A stretch of 63,975 bases of DNA, filler included, from Trypethelium eluteriae (Eukaryota): the NCBI GenBank assembly GCA_051942245.1. It is 5 parts of 5 records of this genome, joined end to end, with 100 filler letters (N's around TTAATTAATTAA, not from the genome) between each part and the next. Parts side by side here need not be neighbours in the genome. Positions count along the whole stretch, not along the records: positions 27,182 to 40,655 come from JAVECL010000735.1; positions 40,756 to 54,121 come from JAVECL010000736.1; 3 more parts are not named here. One strand, 5' to 3'. Of the stretch, positions 36,524 to 47,540 are shown in pieces. The notes beneath the pieces were generated by a model. That model was not told where the DNA came from. It was given only the letters and a program-made list of their open reading frames with translations, and searched no databases. Each line of letters opens with the position of its first letter. The stretch's first letter is position 1. The translations under genes and the position numbers were made by a program.

Positions 36524-38699
36524 ATGAGTTGCCATGCTGCAACCAAGGCGGCTGGGGCAATTTTCCTCAAGACGCCTTTGACTACATCGCGCCCCATCTC
36601 TTCGACATCGTTTTCTCCGTTTGTTGAAGGGTTCTTGCCAAGATGGAACAGCTCTACCGCTTCGTTTCAGCTATTCCTTGGACGTAATCTGAGGACGTAC
36701 AGCTCTCGAAGCGCTCTCACTTCTACTTCGTCTTCTGAAATACCGTCTTTGACCTTGCAACCAGGACTTTTCCCCTCAAGTCCCTTCCTTCGAGTTTCGA
36801 GGCAAACGGATAGCGTCACTTGCGGCTTACGCTACCTTCCGAATCGTGACTTACATTCATTTCCAACCTTACGGCTTTCTAGGACGTGGAAGAGATATAA
36901 GAGCTCCAAGAACAATGACAGCTACGGAGGCAGTGAAAACGCGCCTAAAGATTCCGTCCCTAACCCTAACGCGGTGAAGCAAAACTCAGGATCGTCATCG
37001 TCCAAGTGGAACTATGCAAATGCCGCCAGTGCGAAAGCCTTTCTAGAACGTCTTCCAAGAATACCCAATCATCTACATCGTCCAAGCAAAGAGGAGGTTC
37101 TTGCTCTTGCGACAGGGTTTTGGTCGAGACTCCGCCTACGATTCAAATGGTTCACTATCAGGAGTGCACGTCCGTTCACCCTCGATGAAATAAGCGCGTT
37201 CTTCTCATGGATTCTGCTTGGACACGTTATCTGGATCATCTTGGGAACAACCACATTTTTCTCCTTGGCGATATGGATGGTCAATACCGTCCTTGCTCAA
37301 GAGACATTGGCACGTTGGGTCGGAAATTATCTTACCAAATCGACTGGGCTCCAAGTCGTTTTTGAGTCTGCAATTGTCCCTAGATGGGGGGACGGAGTTA
37401 TCAGACTGAACAATGTCTTTGTCTCCAGAAGACCCGGGCAAGGGCAAGGAAAGGTTCAAAAGGGGTCTCAGACCAGTGCTGCCGCGGCCGCAGCGGCCGC
37501 GGCCTTAGCAGAAAAGGCCAGTGGAAACACAGGTGAGGAAGACGAAGATACAAATTACACCCAGTTTGATGTCTCCATCGATACCGTCAATATTACGCTC
37601 TCATTCGCCAAGTGGTTCAATGGCAAGGGTCTGCTTCGAAGTGCGGATATCAAAGGCATCCGCGGAGTCATAGATAGAACTTCGGTACAACAGCCTACTG
37701 AGCCTGTTGACCCACGAATTTACAAGCATGAACATGATACTGGCGATTTTGAGCTTGAGTCCTTCAAGATGGAAGATCTTCTTGTCACGGTCTATCAGCC
37801 AGGGAGCTTTCGACCTTTTACGGTCAGCGTCTATTCGTGTGATCTCCCACAGTTGCGGAAGCAATGGTTGTTCTACGACTTTATGTCCGCGAATATGATG
37901 AGTGGCTCATTTGACAACTCGCTCTTCACGATCCATCCGCGACAGGTCCACAACCAGACGGGTACCTCTCTTATGAACGGAGTGGAGGCGGACGCAGCAG
38001 CTCCTCAATGGAAGAAGCATAGCCGTCTCCGAATCGATGGGCTAAATATTGATCACCTTAATCGTGGAGTTACGGGTCCTTTCTCCTGGATTCATGAAGG
38101 GAATGTGGACATTGTGGCCGATATGATGCTTCCTGCAGATAACGACGAAAGTATTGCAAAGGTCATGTCCGATGTATACGATCGCGTTGAGGCTACGGTG
38201 ACTTCCAACAGCAAAACTGACGTCGTCAATGAGCCTCCAGAGGGTGCCTTCGAGCAGTCGACACAGGATGACCGTGACAAGCGCTTCTTGGTCATGGATC
38301 TACGAGTACATCTCTGCGACGTTCGAGCCCACGTACCTATTTGGACTAGGGATATCTCCTACGTCAACAATGCCCTCATCCGACCTATTGTGGCGTATAT
38401 AAACTCTAAAAGGACCTTTATCCCAGTAAACTGTCGGGTCGTGAAAAGTGTCGATGAGTTTGACGGGAGTTGGACCATCTTTGATAGCGGATTGATGGAT
38501 GATCTATCTCGCGAGGTATGTTACTGCTCAGTGACGGGTACAATGGCGTCGCTAAAATGAAAGATAGACCTACGACGCCTTTGCCCACGACATCATGGAC
38601 AATCAAGCTCGTACCCGTCGCATAAAGAAAGTCGGCCTCTGGACCTTGCAGCTCGCAGCTCAAGCACTTTTCATTGGCCTGGCTGGGCACCTCGCTTGA
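36524..38699 (+). CDS. MDM31: Mitochondrial distribution and morphology protein 31 (inner membrane), one 3' intron
   Basis: Long presequence-like N-terminus, FWSRLRLRFKWFTIRSARPF, ILGTTTFFSL, VVFESAIVPRW, NYTQFD, LPQLRKQWLFYDF, SYVNNALIRPIVAYINS. The last exon is TYDAFAHDI...RIKKVGLWTLQLAAQ. Confidence 0.95.
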
Positions 38700-39026
38700 C
38701 AGCAGACCCAAAACTATTGTATATCCTTAGCGCACGGCGTATGGAGTCCGGCATCGTAGTTATAGCGTGACGACAGTGCGCGTCGTTGATTACGCTTGGG
38801 TGCTTGCATTTTAGACGGCGTTTCAAAGGAGCTTGGGAAAGCCCTAGGCGAGTGGTATCGTCTTTATTCAAATAAGCTTGTACATAAGCTACTTGTAAAT
38901 TTCCGAATGCACACAGATTTGACCTGCATGACCTAGTTCTGAATGTCAACGACCATGCGAAATGAGGCTGCGTGTTTATATCCACAGCTCTCTATCACCA
39001 CCACCACCACCACCATCCTCCTCCTA

Positions 39027-40091
39027 TTAAGCCTCAATCCCCTCTGCCCTCCGCCCCTTCCAATACCCCTCCATTTCCCACCTTTGATCTCTCCATATCC
39101 TCTTCAACACCTTATCATGCGTCGGATCCCCATCCCAATACTTGGCATGGAAACTCCGCGCTCCCGCCCGCCAGTCCTTCTCAGTCGGCCAATTCACATT
39201 CCACCCATACCAAAGATGCCGCCAGGGCATGTTGCCCTCGCTCCGATGCGCATAGTTCAGCAGATTCTGCTCCGGATAGGTGGGGTCAAACCGCCCCTCG
39301 AGGCTAAGCAGCGAGACATAGTACGCAAACAAGTCCAGGCTAGGCGCGAACACGAAGAATCCGCAATTCAAGTAATCCGACTCCGGCGCCGGCGGCGGAA
39401 AGCTATGGTCATACGTCCAGTAGTCCGGATGCGTAGCAAAGCTGTACGTACGCGGCAACGGCGCCTCATCGTCCTTTATCGCGTCGGCCCTGGCCAGCGC
39501 CGGCTGCACCATGGTCGCCTCATCATAGAAGACGCCGTCTAGCCGGCCGGTCACCAGGGTGTCGGCGTCGAGGAAGCAGATCTTGGCGTACGCGGTGAGC
39601 TCGAACAGGCGCAGCTTCGCGAGCACGTCGCGCCACCGGTCCGCGCCCGCGTGCACCCAGGACGCGTTGAGCTTGGCCACGGGCACGATACTGGCGCCTT
39701 CGGAGGCGAGCGTCGCGCGCTTGCGGGCGGAGACGTCTTCGGTTACGAGGACGAGGAAGGGGATGCTGGCGTTGGTGCCGGCGCTGGCGGAGAGGCGGAG
39801 TTGGTAGTTGAGGACGCGGACGCCGAGGAAGTAGCCGTCTTGGTTGTCGTCGCTGTCGGCTTCCTCGGCGGAGGAGTGTTCGTCGGCGGCACGGCCAGCG
39901 AGGAAGGTGGCAAAGGCCACTTTGGATTTCAGAGGATCAGAGGCGGTGGTGGTGAGGTGTTTTCGGTGGGAGGACGAGGAGAAGAGAGCATGAGAATGAT
40001 AGGAGGAGGTGCGGACAGTGAGGGTGATGAGGGCAGACGCGAGGAATAGGAAGGTGCAGAGGAAGATGAGTTTAGGTGATGGGGCGGTCAT
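39027..40091 (-). CDS. Glycosyltransferase family 8, type II Golgi-membrane protein, intronless
   Basis: N-terminal TM, VAFATFL, RWRDVLAKLRLF, KICFLDADT (DxD), YLNCGFFVFAPS, PEQNLLNY, SFHAKYW. Confidence 0.9.
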   Translation of the reverse strand: MTAPSPKLIFLCTFLFLASALITLTVRTSSYHSHALFSSSSHRKHLTTTASDPLKSKVAFATFLAGRAADEHSSAEEADSDDNQDGYFLGVRVLNYQLRLSASAGTNASIPFLVLVTEDVSARKRATLASEGASIVPVAKLNASWVHAGADRWRDVLAKLRLFELTAYAKICFLDADTLVTGRLDGVFYDEATMVQPALARADAIKDDEAPLPRTYSFATHPDYWTYDHSFPPPAPESDYLNCGFFVFAPSLDLFAYYVSLLSLEGRFDPTYPEQNLLNYAHRSEGNMPWRHLWYGWNVNWPTEKDWRAGARSFHAKYWDGDPTHDKVLKRIWRDQRWEMEGYWKGRRAEGIEA

Positions 40092-40627
40092 CTTGGGGAT
40101 ATGAACTCAAGGAGACATAGAAGATCACAGTATGTAGAAATGGATGAAAGTCCATTTTGATAGGTAGTCTTTAGAGATGGCCGAAGGGATGAGGAATGGG
40201 GATGGTGATAATTTTGGATTCGCAGCAAGGGATGTGCAGTAGTCTTAAACGGCGAACTTCAGAAACTTGAAGACTTATCTGAGAAGAATACTCTATACAC
40301 ATTTTCAATGCTTCAGTGGCAACGGTCGCCTCAAGCATTCAAGCCTCAAAAAAAAAACCATGGGGTATCAACGACCCCCATCCTCTCTAATGCAAAACCC
40401 ATGATGCAGACAGCACCAAAACGAATTTGGAAGAAAACGCGACCCAGATTTCTGATACCGAAAATCTAACACCCCAATTGCCTCTGTCATCCACCCGAGC
40501 GACTTACCGTCCACTCCGCGCGCTCAACCCTGCAAACGCATCCGGGGAATGCCGGCCATTGCCACCAAACGCCGCGAAGTCCACGCTCTCATTACTTACA
40601 TGTCTCGGGCCGACACTACTCATCATG

Positions 40628-40655
40628 CCTCCTCCTCCTCCTCCTCCTCCTCCTC
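40628..40655. repeat. (CCT)9 microsatellite at contig end, preceded by ATG (possible start of a truncated poly-Pro protein)
   Basis: Direct reading. Confidence 0.85.
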
Positions 40656-40755
40656 NNNNNNNNNNNNNNNNNNNNNNNNNNNNNNNNNNNNNNNNNNNNT
40701 TAATTAATTAANNNNNNNNNNNNNNNNNNNNNNNNNNNNNNNNNNNNNNNNNNNN
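40656..40755. other. Artificial contig-joining spacer
   Basis: 44 N + TTAATTAATTAA + 44 N. Confidence 0.99.
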
Positions 40756-41214
40756 CTCCTTGCCCTTCTGCCCCGCCGCTGTCTCCCTTCCATATGCCAG
40801 CAAGATCCACAAGTAGACCGCATAGCCCAAGCTCTCAATCACATTCAGCGTCCCCTGCGCCGCCGTGAACCCATTATGCGCCTCCCACGCCTTGAACCCG
40901 TAGATGTAGTCTACTCGCCCGTACAGCGCGTACGGCGTCCAGAGCGGAGAGTGCAGCGAGCCGCCGGGCATGCTGTGCGGGCGCAGCAGCACGTAGCCCG
41001 TGTCCCACGCGACGAGGGGGAGGGAGAGCGCAAGCCAGATGAGGGTGAGGCGGGAGGGGATGTGTTGCCATTGGCTAGTGGAGGAGGTGCTGGAGGCGGC
41101 GGAGCGTTTGGTCGGGGATGGAGTGCCCATGGTGTCGTCGGTGCTTGGGTATTGTTTGGAGGGAGAAAGGGTGGGCGACGGGAAGTTCTTGGGATGGTTG
41201 CGCGTGGAGACCAT
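40756..41214 (-). CDS. Conserved fungal multi-pass membrane protein (EXPERA/emopamil-binding-like), 3'-truncated
   Basis: MVSTRNHP start, WLALSLPLVAWDTGYVLLRPHSMPGG, LWTPYALYGRVDYIYG, NGFTAAQGTLNVIE. The family assignment is from motif recall. Confidence 0.75.
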
Positions 41215-42674
41215 TGAGGGTATATGTATGTCCTGCTGTGTTAGAGTTTTAGGGGTAAAGCAAGGAATGTGAGCGGGTTGGTAAATTGAGTTTCAATTCG
41301 CCAATGCGAAACGTTCGCGACGTGAAGGGAGTGGATGGTTGTTGTCGCAGCTTCGCGCCGATGACGCGGGGGAAGTTTGACGGGGTTGGCCGTTCTCGTA
41401 CTCTTGACATTCCATGGCGTCTAAACATACATACGTTTTGAAGTATGAACAGAATTTCTAGTGAACAATATTGTGTTCACCGCAACTACCTGATTGCCCA
41501 CTGTGAGACAATTGGATGTGGTAATGAGATCCTGTGCGCTTCTTTTCAGATCCTGAGACCATGCCCATACTCTAACCACAATTTTCTCGATTTGCAATGC
41601 GTCTGCTCAACATGGACTCCAAGAGAGTTTGAGAATATCAGTCGATTCTGGAAATAGCTCCGTTCTTCTGACCGGTATGATGCGTTGAGAAGAGCTTGTC
41701 AAGGGGAATTTAGTGCTTACTGCTTCCATACACAACGTTCTCTTCGAATGGCATAATGTGAGCGACACGACTTCTGATGCTCAAGACTTGGGATTGCTCG
41801 ATGATCAAGGACTAGATGTCCAAGTGCCAACGGTGACCGCAAAGAGCAGGCTCTTCTTGGCACGGCCGGCCATCTCCACCGAAAGCGGAGAGAAGGACAA
41901 GGCACGGATCTGTCGAGTGACTCTGCGACAGCGTAGGGTGTTTGTCAGACCTGCTGGACCGATCCTAAATTGCTCGCGTGTCCTGTAGGAATGAGGCACA
42001 GCAACCCAACGTCGGCGTCTCCCCAGCATCTCTAATTAGATGTGCGACTCTACCAACCTTGTTGCGAATCTTCCGAATATTGAGAGAATCGACTCGAAGC
42101 CGACTGCCGAACGACAGGCCATTATCATCGCTATGGCATAAGAAGTTGCATCCATTGTTTCACATGATTTGCTGTGATTGAGGAAGAACGCTGACTGTGC
42201 CAATCATATTGCGGTAGATTCGGGTAACGCAGAATCTTGTACGGGATACTCGTATGCGCATTCTGCACTATTGTTCCTTGAAAACTACAATCTGGACGGG
42301 GAGACGACTTCTCTGCCTTCGAAATAAACATCAAAGCCAATGCTCGAAGGTAAGATCTACAGATAGAGTACTGAGCCACGTGCATGTGTGCCTTTGTTAT
42401 GTAACTGCATCTAGATTCTTAATCTCTTTCGAGATGCTTTTGCGAAGGATGTTGAAGCAAAAAAAACAAAAAATCATAATGTTGGGTTTCTAGCTGCTGG
42501 AACTAATTACTGTAGGAATATCACTGGTATACCAATCAGACCTAAAATAGGTCTCATGGTGTTGCTGCTTTCCTCAATGCTGCCTTGACCTCCACCTCAT
42601 AGGCAACGTAAATCTCGGTACTCGGTTGTCTCGAACTCTCGAAGCATTTCACGAAAGCTCCCTTCGTTTCCGCC

Positions 42675-43724
42675 TCAATGAAGGATCTCATATTCATTAT
42701 CATCATTGTCACTGGCTGGCACATCAATGTCACGCCACTCATTGACGGCGACGCCACCGTCGGCAGTTTCATCTTGTGCCAGAGGGTCTTCAGTGTCCCA
42801 ACGGCCGGTGTCCTTTGGAACCAGCTCCTCACCAGGACCGAAAAATCTGTCGAGCACTTCCCCCATTGAGAGAGGCCGGGGATCTTCAGTGTCCGAATGG
42901 CCGGAGTCCTTTGGAACCGGCTCCTTAGCAAGATCGCAAAATCTGCCAACAAACCCCTCCGGTGAGGAAGGCTGGGGGTCGGGAGGGTAGAAAACCTTAA
43001 CGCGACCATCGGGAAATAAGCCGAAGCCATGGGCCATATGGGCGCCACCGTTCCCTCTCGGGGCTTCGTCCCCTCTCGAGGCTTCGTCCACTCCCGAGGC
43101 TTCGACCTCATCTATCTGATCGTGAAGCTGATGGTTTGCCCTGAGGAGACGTACGCATTCCTCTTTGAGCTTTTCGATGGTGCTACGGAGTTTTTGGATC
43201 TGTTCTGTAGTCTTAGACTGCTCTGCTGGGACACGCTCCTGGGCCTCGTTTGCTGTCTCGGGTGTTGTTGAGCTTCCTACCACGAATACCCTCTCCGGAA
43301 CTTCTCGCTCGTCCGTCTCTCCGTCTCTTGCATTCCACCAGTACATGTTTGCTTGGATCACAATGGCTCTCAACAAGCCTTTCACAACTTTATTGGAGTT
43401 TTCGAGCTCGCTTATCCTGGTCACACTGCCAAGAATCGCAAGGAGGACCAACCACTTTTGTAATGAGTTTTCCATGGTGACGGCTAACAGGAAGCTGACA
43501 GTTACCCAAACCGCAATGTCTGTAATGCATTTTTCGTCCCTTTTTAAGCGCGCATGAAATGCTTGTACCTCGGTCTTCCACGGTGGCTGAGGATTGTTTA
43601 AGGGTCCCTCTGCATCTTCAAAGGATCTAGGAGGCTGAGGTCGATCTTGCAAAGGGGTTTCGAACCCACTGCGTCTTTGACTCGCAGAGCTTGGTTGCCA
43701 GTTTGTTGAGTCCATATTACTCAT
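42675..43724 (-). CDS. Hypothetical orphan-like protein with hydrophobic segments, coiled coil and internal repeats
   Basis: 349-codon ATG-initiated ORF with a coiled coil EQIQKLRSTIEKLKEECVRLLRANHQLHDQI and an acidic repeat-containing tail. Confidence 0.55.
   Translation of the reverse strand: MSNMDSTNWQPSSASQRRSGFETPLQDRPQPPRSFEDAEGPLNNPQPPWKTEVQAFHARLKRDEKCITDIAVWVTVSFLLAVTMENSLQKWLVLLAILGSVTRISELENSNKVVKGLLRAIVIQANMYWWNARDGETDEREVPERVFVVGSSTTPETANEAQERVPAEQSKTTEQIQKLRSTIEKLKEECVRLLRANHQLHDQIDEVEASGVDEASRGDEAPRGNGGAHMAHGFGLFPDGRVKVFYPPDPQPSSPEGFVGRFCDLAKEPVPKDSGHSDTEDPRPLSMGEVLDRFFGPGEELVPKDTGRWDTEDPLAQDETADGGVAVNEWRDIDVPASDNDDNEYEILH
42787..42960 (-). repeat. Two diverged 96-bp tandem units inside the ORF
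   Basis: tcttcagtgtcc...gtcctttggaacc...aaaatctg occurs at 42787 and 42883, encoding RFCDLAKEPVPKDSGHSDTEDP / RFFGPGEELVPKDTGRWDTEDP. Confidence 0.8.
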
Positions 43725-44772
43725 GCGCCTTGGGAAATTTTGCTGTATTGTAAGAGCTTCGGAATGATGAGAGTCTTGTCTGTGCTGGACAAGTATGTGT
43801 AAGAGTGTTGAGACTTGAAATAGCCAGCAGGAGCGCTGCCTTTTATGTACAATTGTAAATGACCGTCAAACATGTGAGTTCAGATTATGACTTCCGCTTT
43901 TCCCAATCAGCATTCCTGGATGAATCTATTAATCTCAAGCACAGGTCACTTGCATCATGGAAAATCACAGACAGGTTCCACTTATGGATTGGACTGCCAG
44001 AACTGTTCGTCTTCCAAAGTCCGGCGTCGTTCGGTCACAAAGGCGTTAGCTTACTCCATTAGTCCTCGAAAATCACGACCTTCCATTTTACTCCATCAAA
44101 AATATTTACGAGAAGCTCATGTAATAGTCTTTCACGGCCACAACATATCCTCGGGCCACGGACGTTTTCGTAGACTAAGGAATTGCATCTCGCGGGCCAG
44201 TGAGGTGGCGCAAGTCGCTGTTGCTTGGAATACAAGGCACATAGAGTTGCCGTTTTATCATGAAAGCGTCAAGTCTATTCATTGACGGATCACTGGCTGT
44301 AGGTGGCTCACGAAATAGCGCGGATTTAGGCAGTGTTGCAACTTTAAAAATTGATTCACAACGATCATTGGTTTCCACAATCTAAGCCGTTCCAGTTGTC
44401 CCTCCGGAAATTATAATGCCCACGACGAAATGACAAGAGAAACGTAGGAAGAAACACAGGCCTACCGCCCAAGACCTCATTCGAGATACCTCACGGAGAT
44501 TTTCAACAAAGTGTCCGTCATTCCGTTGGTCGGGTGTTGCCATAAATTTGATCAGGCCTGGAAGACGTCTCTAGCACTTATTCTCTTCATCAATCTACCG
44601 AGCAAAGTATGCCATTTGAGCGATCACCACTATCTTGCTCCAGGACGCTTAGATTGTTCGTCAACAAAATCATTCTACAGTGTTGCTACTATAGATATAA
44701 GAGATCAATTTTTGGGTTTTGGCATCGTGCCGCTGTCACTTCCCAAGCGTTTCATACCTCACATCCGTCCGC

Positions 44773-45733
44773 CTACTGCTGTGCCGTCTGCTCTGGGACG
44801 TACAAGGTGGTGAAGTTCCACGTCTTTCCTCCATCCGGAGTCGACATAACACCACCTGTCGCCCCGGATGCCCAGGCGCCAGTGTGTTTGAAGCTCATAT
44901 CAGCTTGACTAAGGACAATCGACACGTCTTGCCAGGCTGTGATGGAATGTCAGCTTGCAGGATTGGCGTTAGGATAACGGTGATACGCACAGTGGGCCGG
45001 ATGTGGTGCGCAAGTTCCTGCTGCACACTCGATCGAGATGTAGAAGAGGTTGCCGTGCTCACCCTTGCCTACAGATGCTGTCAGTCGCCTGGTCGTTGTC
45101 GTCATTCGGCTCGTGTTCATACTCATCGAAAGCGTCGAGACCAGATTTCCGTTTATATACATGTTCTGGTCCCACAATTGAGTAGTCGGATTCAATTTAT
45201 CTGGGTCAGGAATCAGATGACGCCTTGAGCACTGGAGAGAATGGCGTACAATGAGTTCGCACAGCGGATCCAGGTCCAGCCGTGACAGATGTTCCATGGA
45301 AGACGTTCCAGTCTGAACATCATATCAGTACTGCTGCAATACGCCTTTTCTTTGTCACTGACTTGGGGCTGTGCCGGTAAGCGTATATGCATTGTTGCAC
45401 CAGGCGGTGGTACCGGCGGCACCGCAGTAAGTGCTGCAAAGGACATTAACATGTGAATTGCGACAAGATAATTAGCGTGTCAAAGCGAATGACGTACTCG
45501 CCGGGCCCGACTGCGCTAACGCCTTGCATGAAGGACTCGTCGTTGTCAGTGTAGATGGCACTCCACAATGAGTTGTGACCTGAGACAGGATTCGGCAGCT
45601 GCGGAAGGATGACAGTGGCGTCAACTTCTTGAATCCACGCCGCGCCTGGGGTGCTGAGCGTGACCAGATCTGTATTTGCCTGGACAAGTACAGCCATTGA
45701 GGCGATGGCGCCGATGGTGGTGTAGACCTTCAT
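44773..45733 (-). CDS. Secreted 229-aa beta-rich protein, possibly G1-peptidase/concanavalin-like fold, 6 exons
   Basis: Exons 45733-45498, 45433-45363, 45312-45250, 45200-45123, 45068-44991 and 44936-44773 splice in frame with canonical GT-AG sites. Signal peptide MKVYTTIGAIASMAVLVQA, ending STPDGGKTWNFTTLYVPEQTAQQ*. Confidence 0.85.
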
Positions 45734-47540
45734 GATGACTGCTTGCAGGACACAACGACTGTTCTGTGAAGGCGATGGGTTTGCCGGTGCGTTGATTGAC
45801 CTGTTAGGTCGGCCAGTCGTGCCTAGATAACATGGCTTTATTTCTTGGAGGGGACCCAGACGTAATGTAGTTCAATTAGCATTTTTATTAATGTCCATGC
45901 GAAAACAGACACAATAATTTAGTAGTTCATTAAGGATGATGCCTTTTCTCCGATTAGTGTAGTGTCTAACCTGAGCCTGGTAAGGTACAGACTTAGCATG
46001 GACGTGGCCAGGGGATGTTACTCTTGGCCTCTCTACATACATTTTTACCTCTGAGATTCTTATTGGTGGAGGAAATCGGATCAGGGATGTCTTGGATAGA
46101 TTGACCTTTCTGATGTCACTCGAAGCTGATGTTCCCGGTGGAAATATATATAGCCTTGAAACGATGAGATCAATTTCAGGATGACAGTCAAGGTACCAGA
46201 ATATTTGGGTAGTCTTCTTCTTGTATAGAACTCAAGGTTGGCTCAGGTGCGGCCTAAGCCAACTCAGGTATAGCTCAGGTCTAGCTCACGTGTAGTGGAT
46301 ATTCATGCCGCCGCAGCTTAGATTCGCTTACTAACCGATCATGTCTAAAAGTGGAAGAGGAAATGGGTGAATCTGGTCTGTACCTGTGGGTTTGCCTGTT
46401 CTTGCTCATTGGTCTCAAAGCCAGTTGTAAGTGTAATTTGAACATCACTCCAGAGCACCTCTTTTGTAGGTGTTTTAAGTAATGTCTGACAGGCGACTGA
46501 CTCAGATCTGGCAGAAAGAGGATATCTGCCGTCGGTAATATGTACGCCGTCCTGTGGGCACGGATACTCCGTACCTAGAGCAATGCACACTGGCTTTGGC
46601 CTGGATTTGGTCAAAATTTGAGCCGAAGCTCCGCCAGCTTCTCAACCTATAGTCGTAAAGGAAAGTAAAGGACTGTTTTACCTCACGGAAGAATCGATTC
46701 TCTATGATTTGTTGAACCGCTCACCTGATAACATGACGTCTCGAACACGTGGAGGTAACATTTCAGGTCACCCTCGATACCATCAGATGAAGTGGTGAAA
46801 TGAAACCTGATAGATTGAAAGGCGTAAGGTCTAGGTTCTGGGAGGAACCACAGACAAGACGAGACAGATATGTAGGGTACGCGCTAGTACAAATATGGTA
46901 ACGACTACCAAGGTCCTCCGGTGCTCCTTCCTCTCAACACCATCAAGCCTTGCACGAGTAGAGTGGAGAGTCCCAGAGCCTCTATTTCTATCCCTCAACT
47001 TTTGTTCGGAAAGTCTTTGGTGCGCAATGATGGAGATGCCTTCGAGAGGATATAGCAACGAGCTGCTGAGACAATGCTATCATACAGTGTCGGCGCATCA
47101 GGCTCGCAACAGGTAGGAGAAGCTGACTTCATCGAGGTGAATCCAAAACTCAACATCTCTTACAAACATCGAATAAATTGCCAATGCCCTACTTCAACGT
47201 TTCATATGGTCGGCGGTGTTTCCATGTCGATTCGGAACCACCGACATACTCCGCCTTTCCGCAAACATTACCAGTGTGGCTATCCCAGCTCCGCAGTGTC
47301 AGTATATGCAAATCCTTCTGGCTGATATCCAAGGAATCCGCGCTTCTCGGAAACCTAGGCAGGCACAAAAAGGGCAAGAGCAACCCCAGATCTGGAAACC
47401 GTTGCCAGCCAGTCAATTGGAACTTGCGAAAGAGTCTGTAGTAATATTGGACCAACATCAAGAATCATCTCAGACAACATGGAAAGAAGAAAATTTTCAC
47501 CAAAAGCGCGGACTTCTCTGAACTTCTCAATCAATGACGC

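Noticed and set aside
38943..39542. 199-aa ORF and other long ORFs opposite GT8, UGO1, the AT-hook gene and the coiled-coil gene
   Set aside because: These are antisense shadows of real genes, mostly favoured by high GC3.
46240..46292. Short imperfect GCTCAGGT repeats
   Set aside because: Three to four degenerate copies with no associated feature, compatible with local slippage.
46895..47520. Plus-strand fragmented ORFs downstream of the patatin gene
   Set aside because: Multiple stops and no motif or splice pattern. No NACHT/NB-ARC P-loop was found on either strand.
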